Assembly: GCA_002269645.1 (NCBI GenBank)
Contig: NIVC01000031.1
Span: 248,001-312,000, forward strand
DNA: 64,000 bases
Direction of reading: 5' to 3'
Origin: Macrostomum lignano
Lineage: Eukaryota
Shown: piece by piece, positions 32,142 to 44,631 of the stretch
How the letters are laid out: every line of letters begins with the position of its first letter
How positions within the stretch are numbered: the first letter of the stretch is position 1
Translations under genes and position numbers: made by a program
The notes under the pieces: model-generated
The model's database searches: none
Seen by the model: only the letters and a program-made list of their open reading frames with translations
What the model was told of the DNA's origin: nothing

Positions 32142-34979
32142 ATGCTAAAAACAGGTTAGTCCTCTGCCGGCTGAGCCGCTCTTTCTTTTTTCAAATTTAA
32201 AACCATATGCAAGAGATAAATCTGCCGCATTTTCAGTCCTGTTGCTGTCCATTGCTTTTACGGTGGCCAAGGCCTCGGTGTCAGTGACGCGATCCAGTGG
32301 TGACGGACCTCACCCATCATCCATGGAGATCGAGCTCCAGCTGCCCAACACCACCAAGAAAGTCCGCATTCCACTGACCAAAACTGCTCCGTTGGATGAT
32401 GCTGTAGTCACTGTGACGGGCGATGGAGTCTCCAGGACGTTCTCTGGCCGACAAGCCCAACACGGAGATCACGCTCACTACAGAAACATCGATCGCAAAG
32501 CTGTGCTTAGCGTTCGACACGAGAACGACGTAAAGCGCATCAGCGGTCACGTGACACACGAAGACGCCTTGTATTTCATCCAGCCAATCGGCGACTCCGG
32601 GCACCGCGTTTCTAAAAGCAACGGAACTGACTCGCAGACAGATGGTCCGCAGTTCGAGCGCGTTCTGAGTCGAAAGAAGCGTCGAGTGAATGGAGAGGCT
32701 ACCGACTATCAAGTTGAGATCCACATCCTCATTGATCACACCGTTTGGAAGACTTTCAAGACAATTTTCGGTACTGACGACAAAGCGTTGACTGAGCTGC
32801 ACTTCTACTATTCTCACATTGTGATTGGCATGGACACGATCTTCAGGAACATCGGCCGTCCGTCAATCAGTGTCAGGTGCATTGGGTTAACACTGGCTAA
32901 GACTGAAGCCGATGCAAAGTGGATGCCACCGGATAACTCGGCTGACGGTATGCGATGCAGTGACAAAAAAGTTACTCATAGCGTTACTTATTAGGATTTA
33001 AACGTTGAAGCATTTACTTAAACTGCTCCTTTTTAGCAAGAGATGGAATCACCATTCTCAGCAGCATCATAGCGTACATGTACGCGAAAGGTAGCAGGGC
33101 CGATCACGTGATGGGTTTCACGCGCAGGGACATTGGGGCCGACGGGAACTCGGGCCCCGCAGGAATGGCTTACATAAGGGGCGCCTGCGGACAGTGGAAG
33201 GTCAGCATTGTCGAAGATTTGGGCCTCCACAGTTGGGGTGCGGCGGCGCACGAGCTTGCGCACAACTTGGGGGCCAGACACGATAAAAATGAGCCGGGCT
33301 GCGAAAAGTCTCGGCAGTTTATGATGGCGCCCATTCTTGGAGTCTACAATCTCAGCAACGTAGCCAATTCCTATCGGTTCTCTCCGTGCACAGTGAGGCA
33401 CATCCAAAGCTACATCAAATCCAGCAAGCATTTAAACTGAATTTTTGTTTTAATCAGATTGCGAAGCCTGTAGATTCAGCTAGTCGATATATCTTACTCA
33501 ATGAAGATCATTAACCAATCCGTCACTAACTGTAATTTTGGATCCCATAGCCAGCTGAATATACGAGTGTAGGTAAAGCAGTGTATTGAAAGTCTATTAG
33601 GACAATGTAAGTGCTTCTGTAAGTGCTGTAACCTGTGCGCTGTCCTAGTTGGCGCCGACTTCGGGTTTTGGTGTCAATAATGTACTACCGCCATGCAGGC
33701 CTCATTCCCTAGGAAAATCCACATAAACAGTCAATGTTGGGAACTTGAGTAGCTTGTGGCGTGTGGTGGAGTGACCAAACTCCTGCTGATGAGACGGGAT
33801 TCCCAGCCTGCGACTTGAAGTTTTTAGGATACTACGGCTAGACTAGTAAGTACCTAGTACGTAGTACTCGTAATTGTATATCGATAGTGATAGCTACTGA
33901 GATTCTTGACTCGATGCGAGGTTTTCCAATAAATAGGTAGCGAAGACAAATTTTAGAGCGAGGAATTTCACCGGGGAATTCTAGATTTCGTCTGTTTGTC
34001 TTTTGCACGGACTGGCCATGGAACTATCTGCACTATTATACCAATATTGATGGGCTGCAGAGGGCAGAAACGAGCTATAACGCCGAGGAGCTTATAACCA
34101 TTGGTTTAGTAAAATGCCCCACCCCCTTTACGAGGGAATCGAAACGAGGATTCACGCGGTACTAGAAAAAATAGTCTGCGGGCATATGGGTTTCGTCAAG
34201 CGTGCTTAACAATTGAGTGATTTTAAAGAATTGCGCGGAGCTAAGTTGGGTTAGGTGACAAAGGAGTGGTGTGGCAGCTAGTGGGTCATCTGATGAGTGA
34301 TATCGGGAATTAGGACCTGAATATCCGGGGTTGCATGGGATCGGATTAAACGCGCATGGGGAGAAAGGTATTATACAATTTTGGTCAGGAGATTATTTTA
34401 TTGACACTCGTAAACTTTATTATATATACCTCTTAACAAGGTAAAACAGCGTGTCTGAAGTCTCCACAAGGTACCTCAGTCAGTCAACTGACAGGCTCTG
34501 TCCGCGAAGGAGCTCGCATGTCCCTCGATCAGGTGTGCCGTCTCAGTTATCCACTCAGTCCTGGCAAATGTTACGTGCATGAGCATTTCAGAAAAAACCC
34601 AGATTTGATGTGCGCCAAACTGTACTGCTACAAGACCGGGGGATCGATGGCGACGACATATGGCGGGCTTCGCGCTCCGGTCGGCACCCCATGCGGCAGT
34701 CAGAAGAGCTGCAACTGGAACGGACAGTGTACCTACGACTCGCAGGTCCCAGTCATCGATATGTCCTGCTTTTTCGGCGACAATGCCTCGGCCGAGCAGT
34801 GCAACAGCTTCTATCAGAAAATCGCTGAGGCTTGGAGTGCAGAGACCAAGAGCTACTACTGCAGTCAGGTGAAGTCTGAGTGCTGTAAGACGCTGGCCTT
34901 AATCTGCTCTTGCCACAGAACTCTAAATCTTGGACTGATTCCGAAGTTAACAATAAAATGTCTGACAGAAGTTAAGTAA
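32142..34979 (+). CDS. Secreted M12B (reprolysin/ADAMTS-like) zinc metalloprotease. Exons 32142-32154, 32237-32947, 33037-33423, 34441-34979
   Basis: Signal peptide MLKTVLLLSIAFTVAKA, prodomain, furin site RKKR, YQVEIHILID, zinc motif HELAHNLGARHD, Met-turn FMMAP, and a Cys-rich region DQVC...C.KLYC...GTPCGSQKSCNWNGQC. Intron 3 needs a GC donor. Confidence 0.85.
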
Positions 34980-35120
34980 CAACTGATGCTCGAAGAGTGA
35001 AAACGTATTGTTGCAATCTAAAATGCACTTTTCTGCGTTAGCAGCTCTTGTTTTACTATCGATGAATCGTTGACATGAGGACAAAGGAACAATGAGAATT
35101 TATATTCAGCACTATTTTTA

Positions 35121-35447
35121 CAGTAGGAATTACAAAGCCATTTTTCCGCCCGTCGAACTACCAAGAGGAGGGGTTGACCATTTTTTTTCTGCGCCGGAAC
35201 GGAGCAGCGCAGGCACACGAAATTCAAGAACACGGACAAACTTTTTGTTGCGCACCTTCTCAAACAAGAATCAAGTCGCCAGCCCTCCGGACCGTCGAGA
35301 TATTCGACGATTCTGCCAGAAGGTCGGATTTTTTCCATAACGAAATTTCGTGTGCCTGCGTTGCTCCGTTCCGGCTCAGCAAAAAAATTCTGACCCCCTC
35401 TCTTGATAGTTCGACGGGCGGAAAAAATGGCTTTGTAATTCCTACTG
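35121..35447. mobile_element. MITE, 327 bp, with TIRs of about 100 bp and a TTA target duplication
   Basis: TTA|CAGTAGGAATTACAAAGCCATTTTTCCGCCCGTCGAACTA ... TAGTTCGACGGGCGGAAAAAATGGCTTTGTAATTCCTACTG|TTA. Confidence 0.88.
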
Positions 35448-35454
35448 TTACGAG

Positions 35455-35806
35455 CTAATTAGAAGCTTCAGTTCAAGACATATTTCTACAAAGTATTTGT
35501 GCCGTGATCTGAATACGGTGCCGTAACTTCAAAGTCGAGCAAAAGACGCTAAAATTGATCAGAAGTCAATATCGAGTAAAATACCAGGAAAATATTTATT
35601 GCTTCAACTCCTGCTCTAGAAAAGCTAAAGTATGGAAAAAGATAACTAAAATTTATGAATTCCACATTCTCATTCAATTCAAAATAGCCTTTTCATGCAA
35701 AAAGTTTTAAATAATTTTGGCAAACTAATTTCTTGAAAACTTCCACGACTGCTTCTATTGTTTAACATTGTTTTGGGGCTCTCAAACCGTGCGCAAAATC
35801 GATAAA
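35455..35806 (+). repeat. Direct duplicate of the metalloprotease 5' flank (31269-31290 plus 31784-32138)
   Basis: Shared blocks ATATTTCTACAAAGTATTTGTG..GATCTGAATACGGTGCCGTAACTTCAAAGTCG, ATGCAAAAAGTTTTAAATAATTTTGGCAAAC, TTCCACGACTGCTTCTATT and GGGGCTCTCAAACC...ATCGATAAA. Confidence 0.85.
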
Positions 35807-36573
35807 CAGTAGGAATACCAATTAAGCAAATTATTCTTGTTCAGCTAAGCTACCGAGGGTGGGCAATTTCCTAACCCTCCTGACAATGTTTTTGCTACAC
35901 CAGAACGAAGCAACGCAGGCACACGACAATTTCAGAACACGGGGCCAACTTTTAGTTGCGCACCCTCTCAAACAAGAATCAAGTGGCCAGCCATCCGGGC
36001 CGTCAAGATATTCGAGAATTCTGCTAGAAGGTCCAGTTTTTCCCATAAGCGCCAGTGAATTCAATGCAACCCTGTGCGCCAATCAGCAATGCGCCTCAGT
36101 GCAGTCTTGATGAGTGAGTGCTTGAGAGGCTAGATGAGGATGTCCAGCAGTTGAGGCTTGCCCACTGTCGATGGCTTGATCAGCGAAACTCGAGAAATTC
36201 ACACCAGGGTGTCCATAGTCACCTTGTGCCACCTGTTGAAGTTCCAGACGCTCCGCTGGCGCTTGGGTGAAGGCCAGTGACCAACGAAGTCATGATGAAA
36301 CTCAAAGGCTTGGCAAGGCTGCACTGAGACGCAGTGCTGACCGGCGCACAGAGGTGTACTGAATACACTGGCGCTTATGGGAAAAATCCGACCTTCTGAC
36401 AGAATAGTCGAAAATCTCACGGTCCGGAGGGCTGGCGACTTGATTCCCGTTCGAGAGGGTGCGCAACAAAAAGTTGGTTCGTGTTCTTGAATTCCGTGTG
36501 CCTGCGTTGCCCCGTTTTGTTGCAGCAAAAAATATCCGGGGGAGGATTACCCTCTCCCTCGGTATTTTTACTG
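35807..36573. mobile_element. Longer member (767 bp) of the same CAGT-ended family, with long imperfect inverted arms
   Basis: Starts CAGTAGGAATACC and ends GGTATTTTTACTG|TTA. The left arm (35870-36110) is inverted relative to 36320-36530. Confidence 0.75.
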
Positions 36574-37236
36574 TTAAGGCTTGAAGATTTTGTATTTATT
36601 TGCATAAAATTCAGAAATTTTATTGAAATTATTGAAAATTAAAAGTTTCAAAAAAGAATAATTATGAAAGAGAAAAATTACATGCTTGTCAATAATCATT
36701 ACACGTATCTAGATATTCGCAAGGCTACAATCACCAGATAAATAATTATTATTGATTTTACTTTTTCCTTAATCAATTTGTCTAAGGAAGTCAGCAATGA
36801 AACATTTCCGTTCTCAGTCAATATTTTTCAACAACAAGTAAACTTCTTGCGTAGAGAGCTTTTTGAAATAACTGACTATATGCTCGTGTTATCGAACCAA
36901 ACGATTTGGTTCACCATCAGATATTTGAACAATATATGGAACCCACAGTGCGGTTCCAGATACCAGGGTTCCACGCACCTGAACCAGGGGTCGGCAAGCT
37001 GAGAAGAGTCATAAACCTTAAACGGTCTGGATTGCTATTGTAAAGTTTCAATGGAGTGTTTGACAACCGCTGGCCTAAACAAAGTGGCGTTTTACTCTTC
37101 CAATAACATGGGCATCTGTCACCAATAAAAAAATCTACTTCTGCTAAAATCAGATTAATGAACAAACTTCTATTAATAACTACAAAGTGATAAAGTAAAC
37201 TTCAGTTCGTTTGGCTGCTTCTTTAATTCCAAGAAA

Positions 37237-40200
37237 TCAAAGCGTCCAGCAGATCAACACGGACAGCACCTGATAGGCCGCAATCGGTGCCGGCAGTTCA
37301 ACAGCAACTCCGCCATCAGCAGCAGACTGCAGTTTCAGCGGTCGCAGCTGTTCCTCTAACGCGTTGGACTCGAAAGCCGCAGTCAATCGACCACCAGTTC
37401 TTGGCAGATAAATTCGCAAGCAACAATTCGGTACGAAACCGCCTACACTTTCGTACAGACGAACTAGAAACCACTTGGACTGGTCAACAGAGCGGACCGG
37501 TTTGATCCAGTCTAGCACTACAGATTGGCTGCTACCCGGTGCAAGCTGTTCAAAGGTAACCAGCGGGCTCGTTGTCAGCGGTACAGCCGTTCGATCTGTC
37601 AGACGCAATCGCGTCAGTTCAACATCGGATTGATAGCCAAACTGACAAGCTGTGGCAACCAGACTGCGGCAACTGGAGCTGTCCATCAGGCCAGCCAAGC
37701 CTTGATGAGGCATCAGAGCATAGCGCAGGCAGTGCTCGCTATTGAAATCCGCTTCAGCATCCGGGCCGCGAGGAGAGCGCAACAGACTCAAGTTTACAAC
37801 GCTACCATCGCGTACGCTACCGCCGTAGATTGCCTGTTTAATCGTAGCCAAACCGAAGTTGGCCTCGGACAGATCCAAGTACCGATGCGAGCAGTGCTCG
37901 TGCGCGGCCCAATCCCAGCTGGTGTTGCCTCGAGTTGGCCGGTCAACTCGGCCGGCTTGAATCTCCGCGCTAGCTCGGGTGACGCCTCGTACATTGCAGG
38001 GCAGTTCAACGCGGAGCAACGTGTGAGCGGCTCGCCAGGGCGTCACCCGGGTGCAGAAGGTCAGACAGTGAGGCCGTTCTGGCAGTAGAGCGACCTGATG
38101 CTCGATCCGGGACACAAGGTTGGAATCGGTAGCATCCGAGGATGTGGGATAGCTAGTCAGCTCGTAGACAGTCTGACAGCTGTGCGAACTATCAATTCGA
38201 CACGATTCAATCAGTCTACCCTTGCCAGTGGCGTCCTCAGCAACTGTGGCTCGAGTCTCCCAGCTATAGTCCATAATGTCCCAGGCGTCCCAGAATAACG
38301 GCATATCGTGATAATAAGTCAATTGGACAGGTGCCAATAAGCATTCTCGGCCGGCGCCAATTGATTTGCTAATCAGAGAGACAACTCGACCGAACGAATC
38401 GATTTCAGCTTTCAAATGCTCATTCTCAAGTACAACAACTTTAGAATCCAGCAGTTTTGCTGTCGGCTCTGGTGGAGTTGCTTCTTTTAGTAGCAATTGA
38501 TCAAGTCGACAAACTGAGAGAGGCGGCAGGCTCACAAGTCGACGACCATGATCTTCAGGAAGCGTCAAAGACATCGACCACTGAGTAGGATTTACGAGAG
38601 CTAATTCCGACACACTTGCAGCCGGTGTCGAGACTTCGTCCATGGAGCGAAAGCGACTGCAAACGGACAGGATTTGATTGTAGTGACGAGCTGAGTCGGC
38701 GTACACGCGACCAATGCTGGATCCGGGTAGGACGTCGTGAAACTGGTTCAGCAGCAGCAGATGCCAGGCTGTGTCCAAAGAGTCGAGCGACTGCGAGGTG
38801 GAACAATTAAGGAGATCGGCTGCGCTGTTAGAGCTGCTCGTATATACAAATATTGAACACTAATTGATGAATTAGTTAGATATTTACATTGAAATAGCAG
38901 AGAGAAAGCAAACTTTGATTCAAAACGAGATTAATTTAAATTTACAGATTTTTTCATATTTCGAGTTATTATTTTCCGGTAAGCTTGATTACGTCAAAGG
39001 GTGCTGTAATTATTTTCCAAGAGCGTCATTACCCTGGTGAGAGCGGAGCAGCTTGTAGAGAGTGAACGAGTGAACCATATCCGTCTACTATCAATACGGC
39101 AGCCAGTATATAAGCACCAGCGAGTGTCACAACAGCTCTGGTAGAAACGGATATTGAGGGGCGTCAACCAAGAGGCAAGGGCGCTCACTAAGAGACAGGG
39201 GCGCCAACCAAGAGACAGGTGCCAACCAAGAGACAGGGTGCCAACAAAGAGACAGGGACGCCCACCAAGAGACAGGGGCGCCCACCAAGAGACAGGGACG
39301 CCCACCAAGAGACAGGGACGCCCACCAAGAGACAGGGGAGTCAACCAAGAGACAGGGGCGCCAACCAAAAGACAGGGACGCCCACCAAGAGACAGGGGCG
39401 CCCACCAAGAGACAGGGACGCCCACCAAGAGACAGGGACGCCCACCAAGAGACAGGGGCGTCCACCAAGAGACAGGAGCGCCCACCAAGAGACAGAAACG
39501 CCTATTAAGAGACAGGGGCGCCAACCAAGAGACAGGAGCGCCCACCAAGAGACAGGAACGCCTATTAAGAGACAGGGGCGCCAACCAAGAGACAGGGGCG
39601 TCCACCAAGAGACAGGAACGCCTATTAAGAGACAGGGGCGCCAACCAAGAGACAGGAGCGCCCACCAAGAGACAGGAACGCCTATTAAGAGACAGGGGCG
39701 CCAACCAAGAGACAGGGGCGTCCACCAAGAGACAGGAGCGCCCACCAAGAGACAGGAACGCCTATTAAGAGACAGGGGCGCCAACCAAGAGACAGTGACG
39801 CCCACCAAGAGACACGGGCGCCCACCAAGAGACAGGGTCAACTCCAAGACATGCAACATTACGGCCCTGAAGGTTGCAATCCTTCCCTATAAAAACACCT
39901 GTATACGTACGTCACTGATCCTCAAAAACAAATGACCTAAGCAAGTTTCTTAAAATTGTTTTTAAGTCACAGAAATCCCCGTTCTAAACGTACATAACAA
40001 ACGTCCCTAATCACCATAGCAACCATATAATAATCTACTCACCTCGACAGTCGCAGTCTCGTCAAGAACTCCCAAAGCCAGCAGAAATTCAACCACCCTG
40101 AGTGCGCTTTCGCATCGAAAGTTGCCCAGCTTAATGCTGCGATGAGTAGTATAGGTGCCATTGTGCAGCTCCAAGTACAGCTCCCCAGTCCAGCTGTGCA

Positions 40201-42804
40201 AGTTCGCCCTATCAGATTCTAGCCCGGTAAATAACGTTCGAGGCGTGCCGTGGCTCAGCCGAGGCAGTCCCGGACAGTCAGACAGTCTTTCCAATCTGTC
40301 CAGCATGTCCGGCCCTGGTCCCTGGCCACCGTCGCCGTGGCCGTACAAAAACCCGGCATGCTGTGTCCGACCCTTGTCCCGGTGGTTGCTGGCTGAGAAG
40401 GCCAGCTCGGATGGGAGAACCTTAATTGAGAGTGCAGATGGATAAGTGTACATCTGAGTGCAGATCGATTTAAGTTTAAATTCGAAAACAGATCGATAAG
40501 TGTACACTGTGTGCAGATCGATAAGTGTACATCTGAGTGCAGATCGATAAGTGTACATCTGAGTGCAGATCGATAAGTGTACATCTGAGTGCAGCTCGAT
40601 AAGTGTACATTGTGTGAAGATTAGTTAATTGGGTAAGTGCAAGTGCAAAGAATCATAGCATAGATTCAATAAAGTCACATGACATACCACACAAACCTAC
40701 CTGCATGTTGTACGAGTCGCCAGGTGGAAAATGAGCCAACACCTCCGAGCCGTCAATGCCGCGCCAGACAAACGAATGATGCGGAAATTTGTTCACCAGC
40801 GACCAGCTAAGCTTCTGGGTTAGAAACCAGCTCATTCCAGCGTGCCTCATCAGCTGGGGCAGCTGGCCGCTGTAACCGAACGTGTCTGGTAGCCAAAATT
40901 CCGGACACTTTCGTCCGAAATGGCGTTGAAAAAATTTCTGACCATAATGAAATTGACCTAGTAACGATTCGCAGCAGGGCAGATTAGTGTCCATCTCGAC
41001 CCAGCAGCCGCCAACAGGTAGGAAGCGATCCTGCTTAGCTAGGCTGACAATCTCTGAGAACAGATTTGGGTAGTCCGTCTTCAGCCAGTCCAGCTGTTGA
41101 GCCTGGAAAAGAAATATTCAACATCAATTATATCATTGATAATAATAAAACAACTTTCTAACAACTCTCTGAAGGAATGAGAAAAACGATTTTGATTTTT
41201 ATTAAAAACGCCTTGTCAAAGATTTGCACTCCTACAAAAAGGATTTGTAGCAGTCGGACTCGCGACTCCAAGGTCAGGGGTTCGATTCCCGAGCCACTTG
41301 GAACAATTTGTGTCCTTTAAGTAAGACACTTAACTCTGCATTGCGTCGGTTCACCCAGCTGTAAAATGGGTTCCAGCATTAGCTGGGGTGATTGAGGGAA
41401 AAATGTGTGGCGACCGCCAGTCCTTGAACTGAACAGCCGTACGCAGCCTTCAGTCGCACCGCCCAATAGCTGCGGCTGAGCTGTCGGTTGCACGTCTGCC
41501 CTAATTGGGACGGGTGTAATAAACAGCTCGTAATTGCATTATCATTTTAATACTCCTCCAAAGCACTGGGGTAGAATCCAACTTTAGCCGACAGAATCAT
41601 TGATAATAGACATTAAACCAATAGACAGAAGATTACTAGGAGCAATCAACACACCTGAGACACGACAAACGTCATCTTTGGATGCTTGCGCATGAGACGC
41701 AGCGTACTTGACCAGCTTCTAGCAGTTTTACGCCTAGTCTCGGCGTAATCCCACAGCCAAGCGGTGTCGATGTGGCAGTGGCCCATGGCGTGAAGCAGCA
41801 TCCGATTTTTCGAGGTACCTGCAGGCTCCATTGTTGTGCCTCTCGACGCTTTGAAAAATTCGTCAGCTAATTTGATTGCATCGTTATAGCGGCACTGCAG
41901 GCACAAATTCACAATGCTATTGCCGCAGTAGAGAGCTCGATGACCTTGATCTGTCTCTTTGAGCTCTTTGGCAATCTCCATTAGCAGGTGTAGATCTTGG
42001 ATTAAGCGAATAATTATAGGGTCCCTACGGATGAGTTGGCATTTGGACAGATTGCCCTGCCTCTTGGGATCCGGTGGCCGAACGCATGAAGGACCAGCTC
42101 CAAACAGTTCACTGACAGAGCACTGCAAGTACAGCATCAGCTGCGACTCATTGAATGGCGATTGTAAATCATTCTGGTCATCTGGCGATAGCTCCGCAGT
42201 TTCTCTTGTACCATCGTGAAGTGAAGTTACGCCTTGAATGATGCGACCAGTTGGAGAAAAGATCAGTGCCTCCGTGTCGGAGTTCCATTGAAAATGGACT
42301 TCACTGTTGATGCTGCCAGATTGTTTGCTAGCAGCAAATGCTTCTTTAAGCCAGTCAGCTTTTGGTAGCTGTACACGGAACCAGTGGATGCTCCAACTAA
42401 AACAGAAAAGTGAAAAAAAAACATTTTATAAATAAAACAAATAGCCAAGAGAAATAAGAGACAAGCAAGGCTTACACTGGACCAAATTTAAAACCAAGGT
42501 CAATGTCCTCCCATAGGCTTTCAGTTGTTAGAGTTTTCTTGTCCAGCCATGAACCAAGGAACTCTTGTGACTTCAGATGCTGTATGCTCAGAGCAGCTGC
42601 TCGATTGGATGTTTGCCTGAATAAAGAAAACGTTTTTAAAGTGTTAAATTTTCTCATTACAATATTTATTGAATTGTATTTTACGAAAGATATAAGTACA
42701 TACCTTGAAAGTAAGTTTGAATCACAAAAGTAATGCGGTGAAATAAACTTTTCAATTCTTTCATATGTTGTTCTCCAGTGTTTATGTACATCCTGTAGTT
42801 CCAT
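37237..42804 (-). CDS. MAN2C1: Cytosolic alpha-mannosidase 2C1 (GH38). Exons 42804-42704, 42616-42476, 42396-41655, 41102-40701, 40420-40043, 38790-37237
   Basis: [100 protein letters not shown] and FWDAWD. All phases are compatible. Confidence 0.95.
39160..39840. repeat. 20-bp minisatellite (CCCACCAAGAGACAGGGACG and variants) with higher-order blocks, in MAN2C1 intron 5
   Basis: Read directly. It explains the 20-aa-periodic ORFs at 38994-39935. Confidence 0.95.
40430..40615. repeat. 26-bp tandem repeat (GTGCAGATCGATAAGTGTACATCTGA) next to a MAN2C1 acceptor
   Basis: About 6 copies, one of them interrupted. Confidence 0.9.
41245..41520 (+). mobile_element. tRNA-derived SINE, antisense in MAN2C1 intron 3
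   Basis: B-box GGTTCGATTCCC followed by the CORE-like block TTGTGTCCTTTAAGTAAGACACTTAAC...CACCCAGCTGTAAAATGGG and a TGTAATAAA tail. Confidence 0.65.
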
Positions 42805-43049
42805 TTTCTGAATTTAAAGGAAACTTATTTTATACTAAATTCAATATAGAGATGATTAATAAATATAATGTCCAATTGTTTTAAGGTTGGGCTACTAGAC
42901 CATAGTTAATATATGATAGTTAGCCTGAGAAATAACAATATTGTGACGTTGTCTATTTAATGGTCTCGTACTCTCACGTCTGCTTAAAGTAGTGCCCAAA
43001 GAATTTTAAACAACTTGCGTACATTTTTAAAGCCTAACCCGATTGAAAA

Positions 43050-43640
43050 TCGGGGGCCCCATCGGCACTGACTGCCGACGGATCGGCACTGGTCTGTCGG
43101 CACTCAGAGTGTCCGGTAAAGTGGCTCATATCGGCACCGACGGTCGGTACTGTCGGTACTGAACATCGGCACTCGCCGTCGGCACTGACCTAGAGCCTTC
43201 GCCGCACCCTCGCCCATTCGCCGTCGGCACTCATGTCGACACTCCCGTCGGCACTCATGTCGGCACTCCCATCGGCACTCCCATCGGCACTCATGTCGGC
43301 ACTCCCGTCGGCACTCCCGTCGGCACTCCCGTCGGCACTCCCGTCGGCACTCATGTCGGCACTCCCGTCGGCACTCACATCGGCACTCATCGACACTCCC
43401 GTCAGCACTCCCGTCGGCACTCAAATCGGCACTCATCGACACTCCCGTCGGCACTAAATCGGCACTCATATCGGCACTCAAATCGGCACTCATCGATACT
43501 CCCATCGGCACTAAATCGGCACCCCTGTCGGCACGTAGGCCCGTAGGCCCGTATATCGGTACTCCCATCGGCACTCATGTCAACCCTCATATCGGTACTC
43601 ACATTGGCACTCATTGGCCCTCGTGTCGGCTCCCATATAT
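43050..43640. repeat. Left subterminal array of head-to-tail TCGGCACT motifs (about 12-bp period)
   Basis: CGTCGGCACTCC / ATCGGCACTC read directly. It explains the SADG/ECRR ORFs. Confidence 0.92.
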
Positions 43641-44631
43641 CGGAGGCATTTTGTGTCGTGAATCAATGGAATAGTTAATTACGTTATTAGTGTAATGGCA
43701 AAATTATATTAAAATAAAATTAGACCTGTGGACGTGAGACAGCAATTTAACTCCAGCATCACTGAATTCCCGTACACGTACCACGTACATGTATCCCCTA
43801 TCGAGCATGCGTTCCATAAAGAAGTGGCAGGCAATGCAGGAAATATGGACAGAACAGTGTAATTGTCACATAGATGGTGGCCAAAAGTAGATACATGTAT
43901 AAATATTACCCATTTATTTGGATGACTAGCCTTGTAAAGGCTCGACAGTTGACCGAGGCGAAAGCAGAAGGGAATTGGTGCCAATCGACAACTGTTGCGT
44001 GGGGATGGTAGGCAACGAATTATTCACGTATAAAAATAAACAAATAATAAAACAGAAACTGAACCCTGCAGAGAGACTCGGATTTTGGGCACACGTACGC
44101 GTGCTATGTGTTCTGTTAAAAGGAAATGACACACAATTTAATAAAATGCTGCCCCTTCGCTTGCTACTACAACTACTACTTCTACTACTACAGCTAGCGT
44201 CTACCTACTTCTGGAAGTAACTGGACCTACGTTATACTTTGCTACTTATATTACTAATCACTTATAGCGGGACCTCCAAATACCATCCGACTCCCATAAA
44301 TGTCTGAGGTGGGGTGGGGTTTGAGGTGGATGCTCGCATCGGAAATGTAAGCGGGTCTTTGGTGGTCATTACGGTATAAGCAGGTGCAAACTAATGCTCA
44401 AAACTTAAAACTTAAAACTTAAACGTAAAAGCTTAAAACTAACTTCTTAGCTATAATGCTATACGCATTTAGAGTAATGCTAGAAGAGTAAGGAAACTAA
44501 GGCTATATAATACTTTTTTCTTCAAGGGTCTATCAATGGCATCGTGGACGTTACGTGGTCCCCCAACTGTGCTAGGAATTATACTTCAATACTTTAATTA
44601 AACATACAATCCCCGCGTCCTAGACCCCGAC

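Noticed and set aside
38994-39935. Overlapping ORFs of 113-244 aa on both strands
   Set aside because: They are translations of the 20-bp minisatellite inside a MAN2C1 intron.
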